Origin: a virus
Lineage: Duplodnaviria; Caudoviricetes
Strand: one strand, 5' to 3'
Virus record (IMG/VR): IMGVR_UViG_3300028025_001682
Span: 1-57,192 of that record
DNA: 57,192 nucleotides
Part shown: positions 18,901 to 28,573 of the stretch, one piece after another
Layout: each line of letters begins with the position of its first letter
Position numbering within the stretch: position 1 is the stretch's first letter
The notes under the pieces: model-generated
Told to the model about the DNA's origin: nothing
The model's input: only the letters and a program-made list of their open reading frames with translations
The model's database searches: none
Translations under genes and position numbers: made by a program

Positions 18901-21900
18901 AGACATCAGCAGCCATTGATTATTTGAATCAAATGGTTCAATCTATTATTGTTAACAATACTTGGACTAATATATTAACGGTTCCGACATCAGTTGCACC
19001 GTTTGGTACTAGCTCTCAGGTTAGAAATACAGTATTACTAAACGGTGACATTGCCGCAGCCTCTTTAGACAGTTTGTTTAACACTGTAGTTACAATTATT
19101 AACAATGGTCCAGACGCTGCTCCTGCGGTATACAAATCAGCAGGACCCGACGCTGCCTTTGTTAGTGCTGAAATTTTAATGCAGGCTAATAGAAGATTTA
19201 TTCAGGAAGATACAATCAACTATGTTAATAACTTAGTTAAGGCATTCCCTTATAGTAAAATAGCTTGTAAGAGAGACGTTGGATTAATTGTCGATTCTAT
19301 TGCAACAGATTTACTATACCAGACAACTAACAGAAGTCAGAGTACTTTCTCTGGATTGCAGTACTGGGCTCAAGGAACATACACTGGTGATATTCCAGCG
19401 CAGATTGGCCCTACAATTGATGCAGTAACTTACTTAAAAGAGTTGTCTTTAAAAGTTATTAGAAATATCACACCAGCAGATGACCTAGTTAACAGATATC
19501 AATTTGCTGTTACACAGGATACTTCACTAACTCCTGCTAGTGCAGTTGAAGCCGCAATTATTTCTGCAGACTTTGATATTGTTCTTGAAATTATGAGAGG
19601 CAATAAGAAAGGCTGGACAGACCGCATTGTACCTAATGGAGATGAAACAAATCTACAAGGTGTTAAGAATGCCTACAATTTATTAATTGCAAACAAAGAA
19701 TACATGGCTGCTGAAGTACTAGCCTACATCAATGCAATTCATCCAGACATTACATTTAACACATCTACATGTGCAAGAGATGTTGGACTAATAACTAATT
19801 CAATTGCCTTTGACTTAACACACGGCGGTAACAGACAAGCTATCCAAGCAGGTCTAAGTTATTATGCAGCGTCTGGTTCAACTAGTACCATCCATGGTCA
19901 AGAAACACAGACTATTGTTGCATTCAATAGAATTAAAGATATTGTAGCTGGCATTATGACTGGAACACCAGTTGTACCTACTACAGGTACTAATGTTGCT
20001 CAAGTACTGTCAACATCTACGGCAACTGTCACTGAAGTTGCTTATGTACAAGGTTCTATTACAACAATTACAGATATTATTATCTACGGTGCAACAGTAG
20101 CCGCTGACTTAACCAGCGTTGGCTTAACTGCAACTACTGCAACATCCGTAATCAATGGCTTCAATTTATTAAAAGCCAACAGAGAGTTTATTGTTGATGA
20201 CGTAGTTAAATTTGTTGATTGGACCTACAATCAAGGTAGCTTCAATTACAATGAAGAAAAATGTTTTAGAGATACTGGATTACTAGTTGACGCAGTAAGT
20301 CAGGATATCTTGTTAGGCGGAAATGCTAAATCTATCGAAGCAGGTCTTGGATATTGGGTAGGAAACTACAGTTACATAACTGGCCAGGAAACTACAACAA
20401 CACTAGCCATTAACCATGCAAGAGATATTGCCCTACAAGTTATTGCCAATACTCCTGTAACTGTACAAACTGGTACTGAGATTGCTCAAGTTATTAATAC
20501 TTTCTTCCAATACGGTGGTGACTATATGCCACAAGAGGCTGTTAAGAGAGGATTTAATACTATCACCGATATTATTAATAGAGGTCCAGCGTTTGCTCCT
20601 CCATCATATATCGGTGGCGGCTTGTTTGCATTAACAGGTATCAATGGGGCAGACGTAAAGATTTCTCCAACAGTTACTTCAGTGACTACTATTACTACTG
20701 GAACATATCTTGTATCTCTTGATATGCCTACTATTGGTTTTGGTAACAATGCTACATTATACTTTGGTGATACATTAATTTACCCTCAAAGAGATTCCGA
20801 AGTTGAGGCATTGAGTTTAGAGTACACAGGAAATGCAAGTACTTGGAACCAACGTAAAGTTGATCCTATCGGTAGTATGGGTGGAAGTTTAGTCGACGGT
20901 GGAGTTATTAGTGCTCGTAGTCCTATTAACTCTTTTGTTTATGATGCGTTTACACAAGTTAACCAAGGTGGTCGCGGAGTTAGAATTACCAACGACGGCT
21001 ACGCACAGTTAGTTTCCGTGTTTACAATTTTCTGTTCTACTGGTGTACAAGTTGACAACGGTGGTATTGCCTCCATTGTTAACAGTAACGCTAACTTCGG
21101 TGATCTTTGCTTGGTTGCTAAAGGATTTGGTAAGAGAACATTTAGCGGTACAGTTTATAATCCGATCAACAAAGCATACCCAGACGATGCAGAATTTAAT
21201 CAATATTATCCAACTGGTTACTGGCCAAACAATGCTCAAGTTCGAGTATTCATTCCTGACCTAGATGATCGTCCACACATTTCCTTGGTAATGGAAGTAG
21301 TACCTCCAGACTTGTATACTGATTACACTGGTTCAGTAGTTCCATATGTTAACGAACAAGGATTTGAAGGGTTCTTAAATGCTGTTCCTAACCTAGGAGT
21401 GTTGTCTACAGGAACTATTACTATTACTGGAATTGACACTACTGGTATTGCAGTGGGCAATTCGTTGTACATTAGAGACCAATTTGGTAGCCAAACTGGC
21501 ACCAATGGTATATTATACGTAGCTACCGATACTGTTGTAACTGACATTGGTTATCAAAGTGTTACATTGAGCAAAGCATTAATTAGCGGCGGTGAAGATC
21601 CAACAAATACTACCTCAACTATTAACGCTAACTACTTTAATTTATATTTCTGCGGTAATGCTTACTACACAGTATTAAGTAGCGAAATTGGTGACAATCC
21701 TATTCCAGTAGGAACAAATGTATTGAGAGATGCACCAACAGGCGACCAACGTCCTGAACACATTGCATCACTACAGCGTTTAAATTCTATAGTTGTTCAA
21801 GCAATTAAAAATGAAGCAATTGTTCCTACAACTGGAAATACTAGTACACAGGTTACAATGCCGTTGCTAACTGATGGTGGACTAGCAGAAACATTTATCA

Positions 21901-22619
21901 ATCAAAGATTTGATAATATGATTGAAATTATCAATCCAACACTAGCAACTCCAGTGCAAGCAGATACACTAGCCGGAGCAGAAGCAGTAGTTAAACCAAG
22001 TTTAAGAACTAAGACTGGACCAACAGTGCAAGGTGCTGGCGCTGCCATTGCTTTGATTACAGAAAACTTAGATTACTTTGTTGAAGAAATTAGTGCGTAT
22101 GTGCAAGATGCTTTCCCAACATTAGTGTATAATGATCTCAAGTGTCGTAGAGATACTAAATTAATATTACAACGATTAATTTATGATATTGAAACAGGCG
22201 GAAGATACAATTCAGTTATGATTGGCCTAAGTTACTGGCAACGAGAAGGAACGCATCATCTTGTTCAGCTAGGTGAAAACGTTACAAGAACAGACTTGTT
22301 CCCAGATGGTGCAAGTGTTAACTTCTACCAACGCAGTTATATTAGTGCCAGTGGATACGTATTTGAATACGTAGGTGCAGGAACGAACTATGGTGCATTG
22401 CCACAACGAGGTGTAGCAGATCCTGTTCAATCTAAAGAGGTTGTTCAATTAGACAGTGGTAAAGTATTCTTTACATCAACAGATCAAAACGGTGACTTCC
22501 GTATTGGTCCAGGACTAGTAATTAGCCAGGCAACTGGTGTTCTAAGTGGTAGAACATTTACTAAATCATTATTTGCTAATATGACTCCGTTCATATTAGC
22601 TATCGAGGCCGGAGGCTAA
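15975..22619 (+). CDS. Giant virion structural protein: beta-helix-like scaffold interrupted by seven CxRD helical repeats
   Basis: 2214 aa; LYVTMDGDDTNDG..ACRTI, SPYIQNCT, FTQVNQGG, YAQLVSVFTIFC, STDQNGDFRIG; TAAATA 15954 and GAGG. Confidence 0.8.
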   Translation: MAITTYYSTTPNGSTATGTNQSNVLNIPNDYLLNVAGGKINVISGGDTIVEAGGNAEIYAGTEIIIEATGDNVTIESVGSKVTIDAASNIELTANTKVIVDAPDTEIWGNTQLGNDLNGDETDFQSRIISDFLPKVASGETTSTYSIGSSSTQWLKTNISEGEYFSGKNPGNPYFEFGPNGRPYDPGDIYDTAEHRKQASVYVAGGVGIEKDLNVGGRIYGRIEIANTSFQLVITSTNVDQVFHPLFALNSGEQFVYVDNVGLENGLTYNPFSGRLGVELLKVVNTQTATATTGSIRVEGGISVGENIVTKEVTPLEDAETATEVYGLGTTSSQWAEAYVHNLYTKVIASTDNSNIEIKPQGGRADIFGDLRVRGTNPIGTAPVVSNTLYVTMDGDDTNDGRAMDASRACRTIGGAVNSPYYQPGTQILVSAGFYLEDNPIRMKPYTSIRGSDIRTTFIEPINKTQDLFHVDSGCYLNYMTFLNGRSGLLEGDYEPQFNRGAYATSFPPLEGDERIDLFHSPYIQNCTNQSGPWLKDGTMFVPNQTVQVPRAVGTGTWVANTTTLIVNVNAGTITQGDSVNAGQQNPGFFNARTLMLANKPFLQEQVVAYVDATFNSGSFTYNVPKCRRDLGLIVDSISMDMLYNSDSDSIFAGLQYWSQSSSAIPGEETTTTAAITNLKSLAATVALNAGGATPQTTVNTLFSTITNIITNGTVNISDQILANGLPSTDSNTVAAYTALLANKASLQTQTLAWIATNHPTFVYNTTTCARDVGYIIDSVAFDLLHGGTKQSVKSGVYYYNYSTTSTTIPNEIPQTTAAYSYLKRIIPNIVTGEPLATVYQTGTTQVIIGQPIASTYEAEALQAKIDVITNIIRNGPDVVTSQEPIDLEINPSEEAVHAFNLLEANKTFIKDEVIAYINATTGVFDYSREYCYRDVGILVENIAYDAAFGGNQKAVESGLAYYDGVISKISGQESQTSAAIDYLNQMVQSIIVNNTWTNILTVPTSVAPFGTSSQVRNTVLLNGDIAAASLDSLFNTVVTIINNGPDAAPAVYKSAGPDAAFVSAEILMQANRRFIQEDTINYVNNLVKAFPYSKIACKRDVGLIVDSIATDLLYQTTNRSQSTFSGLQYWAQGTYTGDIPAQIGPTIDAVTYLKELSLKVIRNITPADDLVNRYQFAVTQDTSLTPASAVEAAIISADFDIVLEIMRGNKKGWTDRIVPNGDETNLQGVKNAYNLLIANKEYMAAEVLAYINAIHPDITFNTSTCARDVGLITNSIAFDLTHGGNRQAIQAGLSYYAASGSTSTIHGQETQTIVAFNRIKDIVAGIMTGTPVVPTTGTNVAQVLSTSTATVTEVAYVQGSITTITDIIIYGATVAADLTSVGLTATTATSVINGFNLLKANREFIVDDVVKFVDWTYNQGSFNYNEEKCFRDTGLLVDAVSQDILLGGNAKSIEAGLGYWVGNYSYITGQETTTTLAINHARDIALQVIANTPVTVQTGTEIAQVINTFFQYGGDYMPQEAVKRGFNTITDIINRGPAFAPPSYIGGGLFALTGINGADVKISPTVTSVTTITTGTYLVSLDMPTIGFGNNATLYFGDTLIYPQRDSEVEALSLEYTGNASTWNQRKVDPIGSMGGSLVDGGVISARSPINSFVYDAFTQVNQGGRGVRITNDGYAQLVSVFTIFCSTGVQVDNGGIASIVNSNANFGDLCLVAKGFGKRTFSGTVYNPINKAYPDDAEFNQYYPTGYWPNNAQVRVFIPDLDDRPHISLVMEVVPPDLYTDYTGSVVPYVNEQGFEGFLNAVPNLGVLSTGTITITGIDTTGIAVGNSLYIRDQFGSQTGTNGILYVATDTVVTDIGYQSVTLSKALISGGEDPTNTTSTINANYFNLYFCGNAYYTVLSSEIGDNPIPVGTNVLRDAPTGDQRPEHIASLQRLNSIVVQAIKNEAIVPTTGNTSTQVTMPLLTDGGLAETFINQRFDNMIEIINPTLATPVQADTLAGAEAVVKPSLRTKTGPTVQGAGAAIALITENLDYFVEEISAYVQDAFPTLVYNDLKCRRDTKLILQRLIYDIETGGRYNSVMIGLSYWQREGTHHLVQLGENVTRTDLFPDGASVNFYQRSYISASGYVFEYVGAGTNYGALPQRGVADPVQSKEVVQLDSGKVFFTSTDQNGDFRIGPGLVISQATGVLSGRTFTKSLFANMTPFILAIEAGG
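17853..22200 (+). repeat. Seven protein-level CxRD repeats (Cys codons 17853, 18279, 18768, 19266, 19770, 20262, 22143)
   Basis: Approximate consensus (F)xYxxxxCxRDxGxIVDxxxxDxxxGGNxxxxxxGLxY; spacing 142-168 aa for the first six. Confidence 0.85.
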
Positions 22620-22630
22620 AAGGAAATATT

Positions 22631-23026
22631 ATGGCATTGATTCCATTAAACACATTCAAGACAAAGACTAAAATTTTACCGTCGTATACTCCTACGACTT
22701 CAACTGTAACTGCATACGTTGCACCAATTGGTGTAACTTCAATTATATTGATGGCACAGGTAGCTAATGTTAGTACACAAACACAAACGGTAAGTTTTAT
22801 TCATTATAGAAATAGACCCGTGTTACGTGATGCCCAAGGTAACGGTGCTCAAGATGCACAAACTCCGACTTATCTAGTCAAAGATTTTGCAATCCCGGCA
22901 GGTGATGCTGGAACTGTGTTATCAGGTAAACTTATTGTTGAAAGTTTAGATAGTGTTCAAGCATTTGCTAGTACTACTGGAACATGTCAGCTAACATTGA
23001 GCATCTTAGAAACTGCTAACAATTAA
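22631..23026 (+). CDS. Small virion structural protein
   Basis: 131 aa beta-rich, ends LSILETAN; AAGGA SD. Confidence 0.75.
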   Translation: MALIPLNTFKTKTKILPSYTPTTSTVTAYVAPIGVTSIILMAQVANVSTQTQTVSFIHYRNRPVLRDAQGNGAQDAQTPTYLVKDFAIPAGDAGTVLSGKLIVESLDSVQAFASTTGTCQLTLSILETANN

Positions 23027-23040
23027 TAGGATAATATATA

Positions 23041-24438
23041 ATGCCAGGATTATTAAGTGGATCATTACTACGACGAGGAGGCAGCGGGGAATTCATTGAC
23101 CTTGCAAGCGCCCAGCCTCAATTGCCGCCAACTGACACCACGTCCACGGGCTACACACTGGTAACAGATGGATTATTAAGAACTTCGTATCGTTCAAGTT
23201 TAGGTAACGTTGAATTTAGAAATGCCGAACTTTGGAGCAATTTAACCACAGGTACAATTAGAATTCTTGCCACAGGCACAGATATTATATCAACGAGTAC
23301 TAACACTGGGTTGTTCGTAGTTAATGGAGATGTTGGTGTTTGGGGAACAATGAACATTGGCGAAGATATTGTTGTTAACGGCATCACTATTGGTCAAGGT
23401 TACGAAGGAATTAATAATATTGTTGTTAGAGGCGCAGCACTGCCCTTACCTAACGATTTTGAAACTGGACAATCGAGCATTGCTGTTGGCCACGACACTC
23501 TGTTAGGAATTGCAACTTCTTATAAAACTATTGCCGTTGGTAGGTATGCGCTAAGTTCTGGAACAGAAATATCAAATTCTATTGCCATAGGTGACAGTGC
23601 ATTAAAACTTGCAGGAGTTTATCAAAGTGTAGTTATAACAACAATTACAAATGTTACGTTATCTAATCCAGTATTAATTACAGCGCCTAATCATAATCTA
23701 ACAACCGGTACTGCTATTAAGTTGTTTAATATTGACGGCACCGTCGAATTGAATGATGTTGTTTATTATGTTGGAACTCCAACAACATCAACATTTGTAC
23801 TGTATTCAGATATTCTAGCAACAACACCAATTGACGGTACTGGATTTACTCCGTATATTAGTGGAACAACTGGAACTGTTAATAGATTATACTATCAAGA
23901 CAGCAACATTGCCATAGGTGCTGGTGCAGGTGAGTTATTAATAGATGGCGAAGATAATATTTTCATTGCACATAGAGCAGCCAGACTTTGGACCACAGGA
24001 TCTAACAACATTATTCTAGGACAGAATACTGCGAAGTTTATTAACAGTGGCTCTGGAATAATCAGCATCGGTGGTGACAACCTAGTAGATGGACTAGACA
24101 ACCAAGTCAACATTGGATCAGTATTCTATTATGATGGTAGAGGTTACGCATATATTGCTGCCGAGGTATCCGTTGGACTAGGAACCGACTCTACTGGTAC
24201 AAGTTCTGGAGCATTGATAGTAGCAGGCGGCGTAGGTATTGCTGGAAACGTGTATAGCGAGCCTTGTGGTAATCCGGATGAAAACTATCTGTTGTATACT
24301 CCTAGAGTGACTACTACTTCAACAGCACCAACAGGTGCACGAATTGGAGATATTTGGATTGATGAAACTATTCCTGCATACCTCCAATATATTAAAGACG
24401 GCACTAGCACTTTCTGGATTCAGGTAGGTGCAGTATAA
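23041..24438 (+). CDS. Fibre/adhesin-like protein with YadA-like repeats and an FCCH-like insert
   Basis: SIAVG/NIAIG repeats; ITNVTLSNPVLITAPNHNLTTG..ELN insert; GALIVAGGVGI. Confidence 0.7.
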   Translation: MPGLLSGSLLRRGGSGEFIDLASAQPQLPPTDTTSTGYTLVTDGLLRTSYRSSLGNVEFRNAELWSNLTTGTIRILATGTDIISTSTNTGLFVVNGDVGVWGTMNIGEDIVVNGITIGQGYEGINNIVVRGAALPLPNDFETGQSSIAVGHDTLLGIATSYKTIAVGRYALSSGTEISNSIAIGDSALKLAGVYQSVVITTITNVTLSNPVLITAPNHNLTTGTAIKLFNIDGTVELNDVVYYVGTPTTSTFVLYSDILATTPIDGTGFTPYISGTTGTVNRLYYQDSNIAIGAGAGELLIDGEDNIFIAHRAARLWTTGSNNIILGQNTAKFINSGSGIISIGGDNLVDGLDNQVNIGSVFYYDGRGYAYIAAEVSVGLGTDSTGTSSGALIVAGGVGIAGNVYSEPCGNPDENYLLYTPRVTTTSTAPTGARIGDIWIDETIPAYLQYIKDGTSTFWIQVGAV

Positions 24439-24460
24439 ATTATGAAACGAGTAAACTAAC

Positions 24461-25336
24461 ATGGCATTAAATTTTCCAACAAATCCAGCTATTGGCGATC
24501 AATGGACCGTGGGTTCAAAAGTGTATCAGTGGAGTGGCGAGGCTTGGTTAGTAGTATCACAGGCATCGTCTGCAGCAACATTAATTGTTACTTCATCTAC
24601 TAATGCAACCTCTACTAACTCCGGTGCTCTGCAAGTTGTAGGTGGCGCAGGTATTGGGGGCGACTTATGGATTGGTGGTACGCTATATTCGAATAATGCC
24701 CCTGTACTTACTACATCTACACTGAACGCTTCTATCTTTGGTGGTACTGACATTAATATTACTACTATAAGCACTGGATCCGTAACTTATCTAAGATTTG
24801 ACAATACTAGTACGCTACAATCAGTAACTGGCCGTGGATTTACAACTACTAATAAAATAAATGTTACAAACATCACTGAATCTACGAATACCACAACAGG
24901 TGCTGTAACTATTGCAGGTGGCCTAGGAGTTGGTAAGAGAGTAAATTGTGAAAGTTTAAGAATAGCAGATAGTATTTTTGATTCAACATTAATTATAGTA
25001 AACGATACTAGCCCAGCATTGATAGATAGTTTCTCAGCAGCTGATTTTAGATCTGCAAAATACTTTATTCAAATATCATCAGGTGGTGGTGCAAATCACA
25101 CAGCATCAACTGCAACTTTTCAAGCAGTTGAATTAATTTTAATTACTGACAATGTAGGCACAGTATATTCTACAGAATACGGGTTGGTTAGTACAGGCGG
25201 AGTTGGCAGCAGCGGTAGTCTAGGAGCATTTACTTCAGATTTAAGTATTATTGACAATACTGCAAGATTATATTTTACAGCATCGGCAGCAACAAACAAA
25301 ACTATAAAAGTTCTCAGAACCGGCATGGCATCTTAA
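24461..25336 (+). CDS. Fibre-related virion protein
   Basis: MALNFPTNP..GD...Y.WSG.AW start; GALQVVGGAGIG repeats; FRSAKYFIQI C-terminal domain. Confidence 0.7.
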   Translation: MALNFPTNPAIGDQWTVGSKVYQWSGEAWLVVSQASSAATLIVTSSTNATSTNSGALQVVGGAGIGGDLWIGGTLYSNNAPVLTTSTLNASIFGGTDINITTISTGSVTYLRFDNTSTLQSVTGRGFTTTNKINVTNITESTNTTTGAVTIAGGLGVGKRVNCESLRIADSIFDSTLIIVNDTSPALIDSFSAADFRSAKYFIQISSGGGANHTASTATFQAVELILITDNVGTVYSTEYGLVSTGGVGSSGSLGAFTSDLSIIDNTARLYFTASAATNKTIKVLRTGMAS

Positions 25337-25350
25337 GGAGATAATTAGGC

Positions 25351-27972
25351 ATGGCAACAGCTCCAACGCAAGACTTTATTGTAAAGTCTGGATTAAATGT
25401 CCAAGGTACATCTACTGTAACATCCTCTACAGGAAATACCAGCACGTTACAAGTTGACGGCGGAGCCGCCATCGCTCAAAATCTTATAGTCGGTACTGAT
25501 GCTACTGTTTATGGAGATTTAACTGTTTATGGAAGCATTCCTAATGTAAGTATTACAACAGGAACTTTTACAAATTTAATAGTTACAGACCTTAGTACAC
25601 TGAATGCAGTAACCGCAGGTGTAACTACAGCGACATCACTTGATGTTTCCGCTAGACTAGCAGTAGGCGGCTTGAGTCAACTTAATAATGCAACTCTAGC
25701 CAACGCTACAAACTCTACTTCTTCAACAACGGGCGCATTAACTGTCACTGGCGGCGTAGGAATACAAAAAGATTTATGGGTTGGCGGGCGTGCCTATGTT
25801 AACGGATTTGAAGTTGTAACTACAGCCACAGTTATTGCCAGTACATTGCAGGCAGTAAGTGAACAAGGTTCGACTACCACAGTAGCACTAGCTCTTTTAA
25901 ACACATCTTCCTCTACTTCAACAACCACAGGCGCATTAGTAGTCAGCGGAGGTGTAGGAGTTGGCGGATCTATCAACGTTGAGTCAACTAGTTATATCAG
26001 CGGTTCAAAGATTTTAACTGCTGGAGATCTAGAAACTGTTACATATACTGCTACGTACTTGACCAATGATCCAACATCTGTCACTGGATTAGTAGCTGTA
26101 GCTGGTACAAGTACAGCCTACGGTACCTACAATTTTGGTACAGTAACAGACATACAAACATTCAACGATTATAATACAGCAACAAACACCGGCTTCTATA
26201 GCATAAATGATGCTACAGGTGCACCTGGTGCAATGACCTATATTGGATTCACCGGAATTGTAGATTTTAATCGCTTTGTTTTAAACATTAATTACACTCA
26301 GAATTCAGGACACACACAAGAGCTTGATATCTACAACTGGGTAACTGCAACTTGGGATACTTTTACAACATATTCTGGAAGCACTGGATGGTTCCAATTT
26401 ATTTTAGGTATCATTGATCCAGCTCCTTATATTTCTAGCGGCGATGTTTGGACCAGAGTATATCACGTATCCAACGGCAGTCCAAGTCATAGAACATGGA
26501 TTGATTATGCTGCCTTAGAAAAGAGTATTCAAGGTGGTCAAGGTCCTAGGGGTGCAACAGGCGCCACAGGTGCTCAAGGTCCACAAGGTCTAACGACTAC
26601 CACCACTAGCACATTCTTATTCAATAATTTTACTGAAAGCAACAGCACTGATACTGGAGCAGTAGTTGTATATGGCGGCGTTGGTATTGGTAAAAACTTA
26701 AATGTAGGTAAAGATCTACGTGTAACTGGTAAGACAATATTCGATGACACAGTAACATTTAGCGGCAGTGCAACCTATGTTTTAAGCACGAATACTTACT
26801 ATACAGATAACTTAATTGAATTGCATCTACACTCAAGTGATGTTAATTCTGTTTGGCCCAGTGACGATGGCAAAGATATTGGACTACGTTTCCACTACTA
26901 TTCAGGTACTGATACAAATGGTGCATTGATACTTGCCAATGACAGCAAATATCTAGTTTGGTACGAAAACGCCAGTTCTACAAATACAAATGTAATAAGC
27001 AACGGTGTTTACGGAACATTTAAAACTGGTGCAATAGTACTAACAAGTACCACTGGTTCAGTGTCAACAAATACAGGAGCATTAACTGTAGCAGGTGGCG
27101 TGGGCATTGGCGAAAGTATATATGTAGGCAGCAATGCTACAGTAACAAATAATGTAAGAATACTAGGAACAACTAATGCTACTTCAACTACTACTGGTGC
27201 ATTAACTGTAGCAGGTGGTGTAGGTATAGGCAAAGATTTACACGTTGGCGGACAAATTGTTGCTGCTTCAATTACCGCAACTATAATTACTGCTACTCAT
27301 TTAACAGTATTAGGATCAGCATCAATACCAGGTGGCTTAACAGCTACTAACTTTACAACAACAGAATTAGTAGTTGTTGGAGTTGCAACTTTAAATGCTT
27401 TTGTTGCTGCAATTGCCACTGTTACTAATTTAACAGTATCAGGTTTGCGCGACACTGGCAACATGTCAGTGGAAGGTTGGTTTACAGCCAGCACTGCTAC
27501 TGTTTACAGTTTAAACATACTCAGTAATCAGGCATCTACAAGTACAACAACAGGTGCGCTAGTAGTTGCTGGGGGAGTTGGAGTAGGCGGAAGCATTTAT
27601 GCCGGCGACATTTATTCTAATGGATCTAAAGTATTAACCAGTGCAGGTGGCGGCGGCTACGTAAGTGCTATTAATGCTGGTACAGATACTGCGGTTAGTA
27701 GTTCAACTGGTATTATTACTATATGGAACACTAGTACACTTCAATCAGTGACCAGCAGAGGAGCTACTACTAACGTTGCTGTAAGTATAACAAACTTAAC
27801 AGCAAGTACTGGAACAACTACTGGAGCACTAAAAGTAAGCGGCGGAGTTGGTGTTGGTGGTAGTGTCTACGTTGGGAACAGAGTAGGATTTGTAAACACA
27901 GCAGGTAATGCCAGTGCGGTCTATCAATTCTACAATACTCTTACAAATAGTTTAGACACGGTGTTTGGCTAA
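25351..27972 (+). CDS. Tail fibre-like protein with STTTGALxVxGGVG repeats and a short collagen-like stretch
   Basis: About seven GA(L/V)xVxGGVG units; GQGPRGATGATGAQGPQG; AAGGAG SD. Confidence 0.75.
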   Translation: MATAPTQDFIVKSGLNVQGTSTVTSSTGNTSTLQVDGGAAIAQNLIVGTDATVYGDLTVYGSIPNVSITTGTFTNLIVTDLSTLNAVTAGVTTATSLDVSARLAVGGLSQLNNATLANATNSTSSTTGALTVTGGVGIQKDLWVGGRAYVNGFEVVTTATVIASTLQAVSEQGSTTTVALALLNTSSSTSTTTGALVVSGGVGVGGSINVESTSYISGSKILTAGDLETVTYTATYLTNDPTSVTGLVAVAGTSTAYGTYNFGTVTDIQTFNDYNTATNTGFYSINDATGAPGAMTYIGFTGIVDFNRFVLNINYTQNSGHTQELDIYNWVTATWDTFTTYSGSTGWFQFILGIIDPAPYISSGDVWTRVYHVSNGSPSHRTWIDYAALEKSIQGGQGPRGATGATGAQGPQGLTTTTTSTFLFNNFTESNSTDTGAVVVYGGVGIGKNLNVGKDLRVTGKTIFDDTVTFSGSATYVLSTNTYYTDNLIELHLHSSDVNSVWPSDDGKDIGLRFHYYSGTDTNGALILANDSKYLVWYENASSTNTNVISNGVYGTFKTGAIVLTSTTGSVSTNTGALTVAGGVGIGESIYVGSNATVTNNVRILGTTNATSTTTGALTVAGGVGIGKDLHVGGQIVAASITATIITATHLTVLGSASIPGGLTATNFTTTELVVVGVATLNAFVAAIATVTNLTVSGLRDTGNMSVEGWFTASTATVYSLNILSNQASTSTTTGALVVAGGVGVGGSIYAGDIYSNGSKVLTSAGGGGYVSAINAGTDTAVSSSTGIITIWNTSTLQSVTSRGATTNVAVSITNLTASTGTTTGALKVSGGVGVGGSVYVGNRVGFVNTAGNASAVYQFYNTLTNSLDTVFG

Positions 27973-27973
27973 C

Positions 27974-28531
27974 ATGGCAACAACATTAACTAAACTGTTT
28001 CCCAACGGGGTACTTCAAACAAGAGTAGAATTAGACGAAATAACGTATAGTTCTATTAAAGTAGGACCTAGCGGTGTTTATGCAGCACAGTTTGATGAAA
28101 TTAGTTTATCTACTAGCACTGCCGAACGCAGAACTAGTACAGGCACATACCTAGTCAGTGGGTACTTTGACGAATATACTATTGCTCCACCTCCTCCGAT
28201 AACGTATTATACCAACAAGCAGGTATTTGGTGATCCTTCTTATTATTTGCCTATTACTAGATTGGGCGGAAAATACACAGACGGTACACATTTTAACGAC
28301 GCTATTTTCGACGACTTAATAGTATTAGGATCAAGGGTAATAGTTAAGTGGAATAATCAACCTAACGAAATTGACATGGGCATAGTTACACTGGTTGACA
28401 AAGCTCCGTATTCATTTAGTAATCATTATGTTTATGTAACTAATCCAAGTAATTTTGCCGTGTCAGAACCATTTAACGGATCTCCTCTTGTTGATTATCA
28501 AGCATCGTATTTTAGAATAGTAGCACCATAA
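27974..28531 (+). CDS. Hypothetical virion protein
   Basis: ATG 27974 right after previous stop; repeated (L/F)DE motif in N-half, poly-Pro linker, distinct C-half. Confidence 0.65.
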   Translation: MATTLTKLFPNGVLQTRVELDEITYSSIKVGPSGVYAAQFDEISLSTSTAERRTSTGTYLVSGYFDEYTIAPPPPITYYTNKQVFGDPSYYLPITRLGGKYTDGTHFNDAIFDDLIVLGSRVIVKWNNQPNEIDMGIVTLVDKAPYSFSNHYVYVTNPSNFAVSEPFNGSPLVDYQASYFRIVAP

Positions 28532-28573
28532 CATGTAATTTTTTGTTTTAAAATATGAATAAATAGACATACT

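Noticed and set aside
17750-22245. Cyanophage assignment from the phycobiliprotein-like repeats
   Set aside because: No photosynthesis or bilin genes in the window; similarity is motif-level only, so host cannot be inferred
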